A stretch of DNA of 64,000 bases from Aliarcobacter sp. (GCA_028688995.1 JAQTXB010000004.1:35636-99635); one strand, 5' to 3'; counted from the first letter of the stretch, positions 45,210 to 55,609 are shown. Translations and numbers: made by a program. The notes: generated by a model from the letters alone, not told the origin.

Positions 45210-46529
45210 ATGAAAAAAATAACTTTAGAAAGAGTACTTTATAAAAATTATTTAAGAACATCTCTAATTTCAATATTTTTAATAGAGTTGTTTTTGGTAT
45301 TTTTTTATTTTATAATAAATAAAAACATGATTGATAAAAGTGCAAACTTTTTATTAAATGATGTAGAAAAATCAATCTCTTTAATTGTAGAGAATCAAAC
45401 ACGAACAATAACTGAAGATTCTTTAGATTTTTCAATTAATCATTTTTCCCAAATGAAACTTCCCTATGATGGTAAAATTCTTATAATAGATAATTCTGGA
45501 AAAATATTGTTTGTAGATGAACAAATTCAAAATATATTAAATTTACAAGAAAATAAAATAAATATTTTTAGTCATCAAGATTTAAAAATTGTTAATTACT
45601 TCAAAGAAATTTTAAAAGAGAGAAATCTAAATAAAATAGTAATAAATAAAAAGAATTATCTTCTATTTTCAATAAAAGTTCCCAAAAATTCAACTTACGT
45701 TGTTGCTTTTATATCTGAAGATAAGATTTTAGATGGGATTCAAAATTTAGGAAAATATTTTGAAAAATTAGCATATATTTTGGCTTTTTCTGTATTGATT
45801 TTTTTTATATTATTCTTTTTTTATGTATCTTATAAAGCAAAAGAGTTTACGGATAGAATTAATCAACCTTTATTAAAAATAATTGATTTTACAAAAAATT
45901 TAGGAATGAAAAAAGATATAAAAAGCCTAGAACCTTGTGGTGTTTTTGAAATTGATAGATTAAGTTGTAATTTTAATAATATGATTGTGGAATTAGATAG
46001 AAGAACAAATAAGCTGATTTTAGAAGAGACAAAAAGAATATATCAAGAAAGATTAGCAAATACTGATCCACTAACAGGTGCATACAATAGAAGATATTTA
46101 AATGAGTTTTCATTTGAGTATTTAAAAATTGTAAAAAGAGAGAATAAAGAATTATCCTTATTATTACTTGATTTAGATGATTTTAAAATCATAAATGACA
46201 ATTATGGGCATGAAATTGGTGATATTGTTATAAAAGAGTTAGTAAAAATATCAAAACAAAGTATACGAGAGAGTGATTTAGTTGTTAGATTTGGTGGGGA
46301 TGAGTTTATCATTTTATTACCAAATACAAATATTTTAAGTGCAAGATTGGTTGCAAATAAAATAATAAACAAAGTAAATGAATATAATAAAGATAAAGAG
46401 TATAATTTCTCTATTAGTATAGGAACTTCATTTTATCAAGCAGGAGATAATAGTATTGATGATTTAATAGCAAGGGCTGATGATTCTTTGTATGAAGCAA
46501 AAAGAGTGGGAAAAAATCGTGTTGTATGA
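45210..46529 (+). CDS. Membrane diguanylate cyclase (sensor domain, HAMP-like, GGDEF)
   Basis: Two TM helices; DPLTGAYNRR; DLDDFKIINDNYGHEIGD; RFGGDEF. Confidence 0.92.
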   Translation: MKKITLERVLYKNYLRTSLISIFLIELFLVFFYFIINKNMIDKSANFLLNDVEKSISLIVENQTRTITEDSLDFSINHFSQMKLPYDGKILIIDNSGKILFVDEQIQNILNLQENKINIFSHQDLKIVNYFKEILKERNLNKIVINKKNYLLFSIKVPKNSTYVVAFISEDKILDGIQNLGKYFEKLAYILAFSVLIFFILFFFYVSYKAKEFTDRINQPLLKIIDFTKNLGMKKDIKSLEPCGVFEIDRLSCNFNNMIVELDRRTNKLILEETKRIYQERLANTDPLTGAYNRRYLNEFSFEYLKIVKRENKELSLLLLDLDDFKIINDNYGHEIGDIVIKELVKISKQSIRESDLVVRFGGDEFIILLPNTNILSARLVANKIINKVNEYNKDKEYNFSISIGTSFYQAGDNSIDDLIARADDSLYEAKRVGKNRVV

Positions 46530-46608
46530 GGAAAGCAGTAAATATTCATTTATTGATTGTTAACCAAATTTTATTAGAATAATAATATATACAAATAGGA
46601 AATATAAG

Positions 46609-47019
46609 ATGTTATTAATGAAACTAGAGTCAAAAGAGAAATTCTCTTTTTTACAATTGGCTCACTACCTTGCACGAATAGACAATAAATATGGGAAACA
46701 AGAAGAAGAGATAATTTTAGAATATTGTACAGAAATGGGAATAGAAAATTTAGATTCTTTTGATTTTGATAATTTTAGTTTAGATAAAATATTAAAAGAT
46801 TTTAAATCAGAATCAAGTAAACGAATAGTAATTTTAGAGTTAATGATTTTAATTCATATTGACCACACTTTTAATTTAAATGAAAAAAAATTAATACAAA
46901 AAATATCAGAGAGTTTTGGAATAGATATAAGTGATGTAAATGATTACTCTCAATGGGGAAAATCTGTTGCAATGTTGTATGAAGTTGCTAAAATATTTAT
47001 AAATGAGAAAAAAATATAA
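46609..47019 (+). CDS. TerB-like domain protein
   Basis: LARID...EEEII...EM; IHIDHTFNLNEKKLI duplicated helical pattern. Confidence 0.6.
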   Translation: MLLMKLESKEKFSFLQLAHYLARIDNKYGKQEEEIILEYCTEMGIENLDSFDFDNFSLDKILKDFKSESSKRIVILELMILIHIDHTFNLNEKKLIQKISESFGIDISDVNDYSQWGKSVAMLYEVAKIFINEKKI

Positions 47020-47072
47020 CAATTAGGATAATTTCAATTCTAATAGTAGGAATTTTTAGATAAAATGTATCC

Positions 47073-47273
47073 ATGGAAATAATAGAAACACTAAATACTA
47101 AAATTGATAAATTAATTCACGATTACGATAAATTAAGATTAGAGAATCAAGCATTACAACAAGAATTAGATTCTATGAAAAATGAAAATGATGAACTAAT
47201 AAGAAATAATCAAGATATGTTTCTAAGAATAGATAGTACATTAACGTTAATAAAGGCACGAAATAGTGAATAA
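47073..47273 (+). CDS. Small coiled-coil protein, ZapB-like
   Basis: Continuous heptad pattern over 66 aa; precedes a ZapA-like ORF. Confidence 0.6.
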   Translation: MEIIETLNTKIDKLIHDYDKLRLENQALQQELDSMKNENDELIRNNQDMFLRIDSTLTLIKARNSE

Positions 47274-47475
47274 AGAAGTAACATTTCATATAAATAATAT
47301 GGCATATACTGTAACTATTGATGAAAATATATTTTTAGAGCTTTCAAAATATTTGGATTTAGAAAAGAATAATGATACTAAAGATTTATTGATAGCATAT
47401 TTACGATTATCACAAGAGTACCATGTCTTTAAAAAAGATGTTGAAGAAATTACAAATAAACTTTCAAGGTTTTGA
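47266..47475 (+). CDS. Small protein, ZapA-like
   Basis: VTFHINNMAYTV beta start followed by a C-terminal coiled coil. Confidence 0.5.
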   Translation: MNKEVTFHINNMAYTVTIDENIFLELSKYLDLEKNNDTKDLLIAYLRLSQEYHVFKKDVEEITNKLSRF

Positions 47476-47909
47476 AAATAAAAGGTTTTTCATTATTAGA
47501 AATGATAATTGCTATAGTTTTAATAGCTATTATTACCTCTTTTGCTATTCTTAAATTTACAAATCTAAATTATAATAAAAACATAACTACTTTAAAATCA
47601 CAAATTGCATTAATTCAAAATGCAATAACAAATCAAAAAAGTAAAAATATTTTACTTTCAAATAATCAAGAAATAAGCTCTTTGGATGATGTAACCCAAA
47701 ATAGTAGTGGAGAGAAACTTTTTACAAATGTAATAGATTTTCTAATTATTTCAACAAATACAACTAAAAAAGAGTCTGGAATGTGGGCAAAAATATCAAA
47801 TAATTCTTATACTTTTTATCTTTCAAGTGATAAAAATATTTTATTCTCTTTTGAAGATGAAAAGATTATATGTAAAAGTTCAGTTGAACTATGTAGTGAG
47901 ATTGAATAA
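47472..47909 (+). CDS. Prepilin-type/pseudopilin protein
   Basis: GFSLLEMIIAIVLIAII class III signal. Confidence 0.85.
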   Translation: MKIKGFSLLEMIIAIVLIAIITSFAILKFTNLNYNKNITTLKSQIALIQNAITNQKSKNILLSNNQEISSLDDVTQNSSGEKLFTNVIDFLIISTNTTKKESGMWAKISNNSYTFYLSSDKNILFSFEDEKIICKSSVELCSEIE

Positions 47910-49756
47910 TGTATTATTATGAACTTGCCCTTTTAAAATCACCATTAAATAACTTAACTTTTCAAAGTGAAGAAAAATTAGATATTGGTGCAAAAGTTTT
48001 AATAAAACTAAAACAGAGAAAAAATTTAGATGAAGCAGTTGTAATAAAAGAAGTAGAAAAACCAACTTTTAAATGTACAAATATTTCTGAAGTTACAAAT
48101 GAGTATTTTGATGAAAAAATGCTTTTAATTGCCAATTTTGTATCTCAATATTATGTGTGTTCTTTGGGTGAAGCTTTGAGTGTTTATAACTGTTTTGATA
48201 AAAATATTACAAAAATTTCTGATGAAATAAAATTTGATAGTAAAATAGTTTTATCTTTTGAGCAAGAAAAAGCAAAAAGATTTTTAGATGAAAAAAAACA
48301 AGCTTTACTTTTTGCAAATACAGGTGCTGGAAAAACAGAAGTTTATATAAAAATTATAGAAGAACATTTAAACCAAAACAAACAAGCAATTTTATTAATG
48401 CCTGAAATTTCCCTAACTCCTCAAATGGAAAAAAGACTTGAAAAGGTTTTTGGAAAAAGTGTAGCTATTTGGCACTCAAAAATCACGAAAAAGAAAAAAG
48501 AAGAGATTTTACAAGGCTTACAAGAGGGAAGTATAAAATTAATTGCAGGTGCAAGATCAGCTCTATTTTTACCATTTAGCAATTTGGGTGTAATTGTAGT
48601 TGATGAAGAGCATGATGAATCATATAAAAGTGATTCAAAACCTAGATTTCATACAAAAGATTTAGCTATTTATATGGCAAAAAAATTTGATATTCAACTT
48701 GTTTTAGGAAGTGCAACAGTTTCAGCTGGTTCTTTTCATAAAATTCCATTTTTTAGACTAGAATCAACATATCATGATACAAATAAACTTTATAGTTTTG
48801 ATGAAAGTGAAGCAAATTTATCAACTAAGATTATAGATAAAATAGCAAAAACTATAGCTGGTGGAAATCAGGTAATTGTATTTTTACCTACACGTGCAAA
48901 TTTTAAATATCAAATTTGCACAACTTGTGGAAAATCTGTTGAATGCCCTTATTGTTCAGTTTCTATGAGTTTACATAAAAATGATTTAGCACTAAAATGC
49001 CACTATTGTGGATATGCCCAACAAATTCCTGAAACTTGCCCCTCATGTCATAGTGGAATTATTCATAACTTAAGAGTTGGAACTGCACAAATTGAAGAGG
49101 AATTAAAAGAGTTATTTCCTCAAAAAGTGATAAAAAGATTTGACAGAGACCAAATAAAAACAAATACACAATTAAAAACTATATTAAATGAGTTTAACAA
49201 AGGTGAAATTGATATTTTAGTTGGAACTCAAATGCTTTCAAAAGGCCATGATTACCACAATGTAAAACTTGCTGTTGTTCTTGGAATTGATTCAGTTTTA
49301 AATATGAATTCTTATAAAGCAAGGGAAAAAGCTTTGTCTCTACTTATTCAAATATCGGGACGAAGTGGCCGAAAAGGTGAGGGTGAAGTAATAATTCAAA
49401 CAAAAAACGAAGAGTTTTTTAATCACTATTTAAATGAATCAAATTATAAAGAGTTTTTAGAGAGTGAATTAGAGTTTAGAAAAGAGCTTTATCCACCATT
49501 TTTAAAGATGGCAAAAATCACTTTTTCCCATGCGAATGGACTTAAAATAAAAGATGAAATGGACTCTTATGTTCATGTTTTAAAAGCAAATAAAGATATT
49601 GAAGTTGTAGGTTTTGGTCAAAGTCCTATTTTTAAAATGGCAAATAAATATCGATATGAAATTCTTGTTCGTTCAAGTAATATAAAAGCACTTTTAAATG
49701 CACTTCATAGTATCCAAACTCCAAATGCTTCAATAGATATGGATACAATTTACTAA
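47909..49756 (+). CDS. priA: Primosomal protein N'
   Basis: TGAGKTEVY; DEEH; CxxC Zn motifs; GTQMLSKG; QISGRSGR. Confidence 0.96.
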   Translation: MYYYELALLKSPLNNLTFQSEEKLDIGAKVLIKLKQRKNLDEAVVIKEVEKPTFKCTNISEVTNEYFDEKMLLIANFVSQYYVCSLGEALSVYNCFDKNITKISDEIKFDSKIVLSFEQEKAKRFLDEKKQALLFANTGAGKTEVYIKIIEEHLNQNKQAILLMPEISLTPQMEKRLEKVFGKSVAIWHSKITKKKKEEILQGLQEGSIKLIAGARSALFLPFSNLGVIVVDEEHDESYKSDSKPRFHTKDLAIYMAKKFDIQLVLGSATVSAGSFHKIPFFRLESTYHDTNKLYSFDESEANLSTKIIDKIAKTIAGGNQVIVFLPTRANFKYQICTTCGKSVECPYCSVSMSLHKNDLALKCHYCGYAQQIPETCPSCHSGIIHNLRVGTAQIEEELKELFPQKVIKRFDRDQIKTNTQLKTILNEFNKGEIDILVGTQMLSKGHDYHNVKLAVVLGIDSVLNMNSYKAREKALSLLIQISGRSGRKGEGEVIIQTKNEEFFNHYLNESNYKEFLESELEFRKELYPPFLKMAKITFSHANGLKIKDEMDSYVHVLKANKDIEVVGFGQSPIFKMANKYRYEILVRSSNIKALLNALHSIQTPNASIDMDTIY

Positions 49757-49815
49757 ATTAACCTAAAATTAGTCTTCTTTGTTGTAAAATAAGCCAAAAA
49801 TTAATAGGAGAACTA

Positions 49816-51003
49816 ATGGCTTATACAAAAGAAGAATTCAAACAATTAGTAGATGATATACAATCACAATCATGGTACAAAAATCCAATCGGATTTGGTA
49901 TTGCAAAAGTAGATAGAGGACAAATCAATAAAGATAAAATACTTCAAGCAACTTTTCCTGTAATAAATTGGAATGAAAATTTTGGAAGTGCAGCAGTATT
50001 ATTAAATGCTTTAAAAGTAGCAGGAGTGAATGTTGATACTTCAAAATCTGAATTAGTATGCAAAATTTCTGATGAGTTTTTAACTTCTTGTATTGAAGCT
50101 TTTAGACCATTTATTCCAGAAGCAAAAGGTGATGCACATAAAAATGTTCAAGTTATTTCAACACTTGCTTCACTTCCAATTGATTCTGGATTAACAGGTG
50201 ATGATTATAGAGTTGTATTTCTTTTTGAAGACGTTGCACCTGAAAGTACAGAAGCTGTATATTTAAAATTATATGCACTTTCAACTGGAAAAGCAGCACT
50301 TAGAAGTTTAAACTTAACAGGTGCATTTGGTAAATTACACAACTGCGCTTGGGTTGGAAATCAACCAATTGAACTTGACTGGTTAAGAGCAAATGAAATC
50401 GTATTAAAACTTTCTGGAAAATACCCAACTATTGATATGGTTGATAAATTCCCAAGATTTTTACAACACATTATTCCTGCTGATAACACAAGAATTTTAG
50501 AAACTTCAAAAGTTAGAATGGGAGCACAATTAGCAGCTGGAACAACTGTAATGCCTGGAGCTGCTTATGTTAACTTTAATGCAGGAACTTTAGGTTCAGT
50601 AATGGTTGAAGGAAGAATTTCATCTTCAGCAGTTGTTGGAGCTGGATCTGACGTTGGCGGTGGAGCTTCAATTCTTGGAGTTTTATCTGGTACTGATGGA
50701 GTTCCAGTTAGTATTGGAGAAAACACACTTTTAGGTGCAAACTCTTGTACTGGAACTGCAATTGGTGATGGTTGTATTTTAGATGCTGGTGTTACAATTC
50801 TTCCTGGAACTAAAATCGCATTATCAGAAAAAGCAGTAGCTGCACTTAAAGAGATTAATCCAACTAAAGAGATTACAACAGTTATGAAAGGAAGTGATTT
50901 CCAAGGAGTAAATGGTGTTCACTTTAGAGTTAACTCTTCAAATGGTCAAACAATCGCTATGAGAAGTACAAGAGAAGTTAAATTAAACGCTGATTTACAC
51001 TAA
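49816..51003 (+). CDS. dapD: Tetrahydrodipicolinate N-succinyltransferase
   Basis: VDKFPRFL; RMGAQLAAGTTVMPG; VNFNAGT; EGRISS; LNADLH. Confidence 0.93.
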   Translation: MAYTKEEFKQLVDDIQSQSWYKNPIGFGIAKVDRGQINKDKILQATFPVINWNENFGSAAVLLNALKVAGVNVDTSKSELVCKISDEFLTSCIEAFRPFIPEAKGDAHKNVQVISTLASLPIDSGLTGDDYRVVFLFEDVAPESTEAVYLKLYALSTGKAALRSLNLTGAFGKLHNCAWVGNQPIELDWLRANEIVLKLSGKYPTIDMVDKFPRFLQHIIPADNTRILETSKVRMGAQLAAGTTVMPGAAYVNFNAGTLGSVMVEGRISSSAVVGAGSDVGGGASILGVLSGTDGVPVSIGENTLLGANSCTGTAIGDGCILDAGVTILPGTKIALSEKAVAALKEINPTKEITTVMKGSDFQGVNGVHFRVNSSNGQTIAMRSTREVKLNADLH

Positions 51004-51027
51004 TTTTAGTTTTAAATTGTTTTTATT

Positions 51028-51058
51028 AGGGCAAGAAGTTTTCTTCTTGCCCTTTTTT
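51028..51058 (+). terminator. Intrinsic terminator after dapD
   Basis: AGGGCAAGAAG-TTTT-CTTCTTGCCCT followed by T5. Confidence 0.85.
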
Positions 51059-51138
51059 ATTTATCTAATCAACATATAACCACATATATCGTATAATCTC
51101 ACCCTTAAAAAACAGAATAATATAACAAAAGAAGAATC

Positions 51139-52926
51139 ATGATAGAACTTGTAAATATATCAAAAAGTTACCCAACGAATGAGCTTTATAGTGAGCTTAA
51201 TTTAAGGCTAAATGCTGGAAACAAAATTGGATTAGTAGGAAGAAATGGAAGTGGAAAATCAACACTATTTAAGTTGATTTTAGGAGAAGAACAACCAGAT
51301 AGTGGTGAAATTGCAATTCCTAAAAATTATAAAATTGGTGCTTTAAAGCAATATTTTGATTTTACTGAAAAAACATTAATTGATGAAACTGCACTTGCCT
51401 TAGGTGAAGATGATAAATATAACATCTATAAAGCTGAAAAGATTCTATTTGGTCTTGGATTTTCTCAAGAAGATTTAGAAAAAGCTCCAAAAGAGTTTTC
51501 AGGTGGTTATCAAATTAGAATTAACTTAGCAAAACTACTTTTAACAGAACCAAATATGTTATTACTAGATGAGCCAACAAACTACTTGGATATTTTATCT
51601 ATTAGATGGTTAAAAGCTTTTTTAAAATCTTTTGAGGGAGAAGTAATTCTAATCACTCACGATAGAGATTTTATGGATAGTGTTTGTACTCATACTATGG
51701 GAATTATTAGAAAAAGTGCATTTATGATTCAAGGTAGCACTCATAAATTTTATGAATTATTAGCAAACAACGAAGAACACTATGAAAAACAAAAAATAGC
51801 TCAAGAGAAAAAAATAAAAGAACTTGAAGAGTTTATTGCAAAAAATAAAGCAAGGGCAGCAACTGCAAATTTAGCTCAATCTAAAGTTAAAATTTTAGAA
51901 AAAATGGAAGTTATGGATGACTTACAATATGATTCAAATTTAGATTTTGATTTTAATTTTAAAGAAACAGCAGCTAAATTTTTACTTGAGGTAAAAGATG
52001 TAAGCTTTGGATATACACCTGAAAATATTTTATTTAAAAATATCAGTTTTGCATTAAGTAAAGGTGAAACTTTAGGAATTATTGGAAAAAATGGTAAGGG
52101 AAAATCTACATTACTTAATGTAATTGCTGGAGAATTAAAACAACTAACTGGTACAGTTGATTATCATACAAGTACAGTTTTTGGTCACTTTGGGCAAACA
52201 AATATCTCACATTTAAATAAAAATAATACAATTATGGATGAGATTCATTCAACTAATGTAAAACTTCCAGAATCAACTATTAGAGGAATCGCTGGATTAA
52301 TGATGTTTAGTGGTGATAATGCTAAAAAGAAAATCTCACTTCTATCTGGAGGAGAAAAAAGTAGGGTAATGCTTGGAAAAATCATAGCAAAAGATGTAAA
52401 CTTACTTTTCCTAGATGAGCCTACAAATCACCTTGATATGGATTCTATTGATGCACTTACAAATGCAATTAAAGCATTTGAAGGTTCTTGTATTATTGTA
52501 ACGCATAGTGAAGATTTATTAAGAGCTACTTGTGATAGATTAATTGTATTTACAAATGATGGAGCTGATTATTTTAATGGAACTTATGATGAGTTTTTAG
52601 AAAAAATTGGTTGGGAAGAAGATGAAACAGTTGAAAAGAAAAAAGTAGAAAAACCAAAAGTAAATAAAAAAGAGAGCAAAAAATTAAGAGCAGCGATTGT
52701 TGCAGAAAAATCAAAAGCTACAACTCCAATTAAAAAGCAAATGCAAGAGATTGAAGAACAAATAGAAAAATTAGAAGATGCTCTTGAAGATGCAAGGGTT
52801 AAACTTTCAAGAGATATTCCAAAAATCGAAAAAGAGATAGAAGAAAAGTTCTCTTTATTAGAGGCTTTACAAATTAAACTTGATGTTATGAATAAAGAGT
52901 TTGAAATAAGAATGAGTGAGGTTTAA
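51139..52926 (+). CDS. ABC-F family ATP-binding protein
   Basis: Two ABC domains (GRNGSGKS, FSGG, LLDEPTN; GKNGKGKS, LSGGE, DEPTN); no TM segments. Confidence 0.93.
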   Translation: MIELVNISKSYPTNELYSELNLRLNAGNKIGLVGRNGSGKSTLFKLILGEEQPDSGEIAIPKNYKIGALKQYFDFTEKTLIDETALALGEDDKYNIYKAEKILFGLGFSQEDLEKAPKEFSGGYQIRINLAKLLLTEPNMLLLDEPTNYLDILSIRWLKAFLKSFEGEVILITHDRDFMDSVCTHTMGIIRKSAFMIQGSTHKFYELLANNEEHYEKQKIAQEKKIKELEEFIAKNKARAATANLAQSKVKILEKMEVMDDLQYDSNLDFDFNFKETAAKFLLEVKDVSFGYTPENILFKNISFALSKGETLGIIGKNGKGKSTLLNVIAGELKQLTGTVDYHTSTVFGHFGQTNISHLNKNNTIMDEIHSTNVKLPESTIRGIAGLMMFSGDNAKKKISLLSGGEKSRVMLGKIIAKDVNLLFLDEPTNHLDMDSIDALTNAIKAFEGSCIIVTHSEDLLRATCDRLIVFTNDGADYFNGTYDEFLEKIGWEEDETVEKKKVEKPKVNKKESKKLRAAIVAEKSKATTPIKKQMQEIEEQIEKLEDALEDARVKLSRDIPKIEKEIEEKFSLLEALQIKLDVMNKEFEIRMSEV

Positions 52927-53801
52927 GCTAATAATAGCTTAAAGCTCTTAGGCGTAAATAGTCTAAGAGTCTCACTTTTTTGTGATTTTAACTCATTTGA
53001 AAAACCATTTTTACTAAATATTACAAAAATATCCACATTTAAATCTGCTGTTTTACAATCTTCTTTTAGTTTATTTAACTCATTTTTCTTTAGTTTAGAA
53101 TTTATATATTTACAATTTCCAGCAATAATTTTCCCAGAAGTTGTTTTAGCAACTAAATCAATTTCAACTTTTTCATCCCAATATTTCCCAAATTGTTTTA
53201 CTGGATCTTCTTCAAAAGAGTCTCTTAGACACTCCATTGCTAACTCTTCAAAAATAAAGTTCCCAAATTCTGCTTGTTTATTTTCATAAAGTTCATAAAA
53301 CTCTTTGTAGTTTTTTTCTTTGATTCCTTTATAAATTGGAGAAACAAAAGCAAACCAAAATCTTAAAAATGGAGTTGTAAAAAGAAGTTTTTTAGAAACT
53401 TTATCATCACCTCTTTTTTTTGCTAAGTGATGTTGAGAAGATTCAATTTCAATTATTCCTCTATCAATAAGTTTTTCAACACATTTCATTCCCTCTTCAA
53501 AGCTTACAAAGGCTCTTTTAAATGATGAATTAGTTCTTCTATCACCTTGTGCAATACCTGTTAAAATAGCATGGTCAACTTTATAACCACCACTTATTGT
53601 ATTGATTTCATATCGAAGATTAGTATATTCATTTAGAATATGTTTTTCAATTAGTTCAAGTAGAGGTTTTGTTGTATCTATTTTTATATTTAGTCCACCA
53701 AATACTATAAAATATTGAACAGCTATTTCCATATCTGTAATTTTATTTTCATTACAGAAAATTCTGAATTGGTTTTTTGTTGATTGATCTATTAAAATAA
53801 T
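52923..53801 (-). CDS. DUF234/DUF4143-type protein, probable ATT start at 53801 (first ATG 53732)
   Basis: YFIVFGG; FLRFWFAFV; GKYWDEKVEIDLV; GNCKY; 23 open in-frame codons upstream of the ATG after SD AAGGA. Confidence 0.75.
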   Translation of the reverse strand: MILIDQSTKNQFRIFCNENKITDMEIAVQYFIVFGGLNIKIDTTKPLLELIEKHILNEYTNLRYEINTISGGYKVDHAILTGIAQGDRRTNSSFKRAFVSFEEGMKCVEKLIDRGIIEIESSQHHLAKKRGDDKVSKKLLFTTPFLRFWFAFVSPIYKGIKEKNYKEFYELYENKQAEFGNFIFEELAMECLRDSFEEDPVKQFGKYWDEKVEIDLVAKTTSGKIIAGNCKYINSKLKKNELNKLKEDCKTADLNVDIFVIFSKNGFSNELKSQKSETLRLFTPKSFKLLLA

Positions 53802-53810
53802 GGTAAATCC

Positions 53811-54263
53811 TTAATTTTTATTATATTTTTGCAAAAAATTATTAAAAGAGTTTGCAAATTGTTGAGCATCTTTTTGAGAAAAAGGAGCAGGACCCTTTGT
53901 AATTTCTCCACTATCTCGTATCTCTTGCATTAGATTTCTTATAGCTAGATACTGTTTTATATTATCTTTTGTATACATAGAACCCCTATGATCAATGGCG
54001 TGAGCATCTTTATCTATTGTTCTATCTGCAAGTGGAATATCTGCTGTAATTACTAAATCATTTGAGTTTAACATCTCAACAATTTTATTATCAGCTTCAT
54101 CTGCACCAAGATCTACAATTATATATTTTATATAATTAGAATGACCTATATTTATTTTTTTATTCGCTATTACAATTGTATCCAACTTTTGTTTTTCAAT
54201 AGCTCTTAACACTATAGGTTTTAATAGATTAGGAAAAGCATCACCATCTATAAAAAGTCTCAT
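53811..54263 (-). CDS. YaiI/YqxD (UPF0178) family protein
   Basis: FIDGDAFP; DEADNKIVE; VITADIPLA. Confidence 0.92.
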   Translation of the reverse strand: MRLFIDGDAFPNLLKPIVLRAIEKQKLDTIVIANKKINIGHSNYIKYIIVDLGADEADNKIVEMLNSNDLVITADIPLADRTIDKDAHAIDHRGSMYTKDNIKQYLAIRNLMQEIRDSGEITKGPAPFSQKDAQQFANSFNNFLQKYNKN

Positions 54264-55609
54264 ATTTTAAATAAATCTTTTGGGTCAATATGTGAAGAGT
54301 CTTTTGTTGCTTGAAACATTAAAGTATCATTAACACGACCTACAACATAACCTTGTTTTATCCATTTTCCAACAACTAAAGTTGGAGAAATTTCATCTAA
54401 GTGAGAATAAATTGTATGTAAACCATTTTCATGTTGAATAATCACAACATTATCAAGCATTCCAGCATTTTTTTTCGCATAAACAACTTTCCCATTTAAA
54501 ACAGAAACCACTTTAGATTGAGCTTCATCACTTTTTAAAACGATAGATTCATTAAATAGTTTTATTTTATAAACAGGGTCATAATATGTTCCAAAATTCT
54601 TAACTACTTTAAATGATTTTAAAGGAGCAATAGTTTTTTCACCTTTATATTTTATTATGGTAACTCCATCAGTTGAAGAACCAATTTTTTTTACATCAAG
54701 ATTTAGATTTTTTGCATATCTTTGATTCCTATTATCAGATGTTTGTACTTCATCTTGAGAATCATCCACAACGTCTTCTCTTACTGCATCACTATTATTT
54801 GCTGAAGCTTTTTTTTGTGATAGAAGAGCTTGTAGTTTTTTTCTTTTTTCATCTTCAGCAGCTGCAGCTGCTTCTTCAGCTTTTTTTGTCTCTTCTTGTT
54901 TTAGAATATTTAACTCAGAAAGAAGATTTTTTAGTGATTCTTGTTCTTTCGCAACTTTATTTAACTCTTCTTGATACGCTTTATGTTGTTGTTCTAAGCT
55001 AGAAAGAGAACTTGCATGTTTCTCTTTTAAAAGAGTTAATTTATCTTTTGTTTTTTGTCTATCATCGATGTATGAAGATATTTTTTCTATATCTTTTTGA
55101 TTATTTTTTGTATTAGCAGATAAGGTACTATAACTTGTATTTAATTTTAAAACTTTATCTTTTGAATGTTGTGATAATAAAGTATAAATTTCACTATCAA
55201 TTAACTCTTGTAAACTATCTTCTGATACTAATTTTACTGCAATTGAAACAGAAAACTCTTCAATAATTGTATCAACAATTTGCTCTTCACTGCTTGTTTT
55301 TTCTCTTATTAATTCAGTCGATTTAGATTTAAGTTCATCTAGTTTACCTTTTGCATCTTCTAAAAGTTTTTGATGTTCATCAATATCTGAATTTATCTGT
55401 TTTATATCTTTTTCTATATTTGTGATATTTGAGTTTTGACTTTCAATTTGTTCAGCTAACTCTTTTATCTTTAATGAAGTAGTCTCTTTTTTATCATCAC
55501 TAGAGTTAAGTTTTTCTGTATTTGTTTGTATCTTTTTGTCAATATTAGAAGAAGCAGCAAAAACTGTACCTAGAAGTAATAGAAATAAAAAAACAATTTT
55601 TTTAGTCAT
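54260..55609 (-). CDS. envC: Murein hydrolase activator EnvC-like (coiled coil + M23)
   Basis: Signal peptide, long coiled coil, IIQHENGLHTIYSHL; downstream of ftsEX. Confidence 0.85.
   Translation of the reverse strand: MTKKIVFLFLLLLGTVFAASSNIDKKIQTNTEKLNSSDDKKETTSLKIKELAEQIESQNSNITNIEKDIKQINSDIDEHQKLLEDAKGKLDELKSKSTELIREKTSSEEQIVDTIIEEFSVSIAVKLVSEDSLQELIDSEIYTLLSQHSKDKVLKLNTSYSTLSANTKNNQKDIEKISSYIDDRQKTKDKLTLLKEKHASSLSSLEQQHKAYQEELNKVAKEQESLKNLLSELNILKQEETKKAEEAAAAAEDEKRKKLQALLSQKKASANNSDAVREDVVDDSQDEVQTSDNRNQRYAKNLNLDVKKIGSSTDGVTIIKYKGEKTIAPLKSFKVVKNFGTYYDPVYKIKLFNESIVLKSDEAQSKVVSVLNGKVVYAKKNAGMLDNVVIIQHENGLHTIYSHLDEISPTLVVGKWIKQGYVVGRVNDTLMFQATKDSSHIDPKDLFKI

Noticed and set aside
47470-47480. 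6S RNA expected after a zapA-like gene
   Set aside because: The next gene overlaps the stop codon, leaving no room
25122-52926. Convergent genes sharing a TTAA stop overlap (25122-25125 and 52923-52926)
   Set aside because: Common compact-genome arrangement with no further signal
51139-52926. ABC-F as an antibiotic-resistance determinant
   Set aside because: It sits in a core-gene context and nothing in the sequence distinguishes it from housekeeping ABC-F proteins
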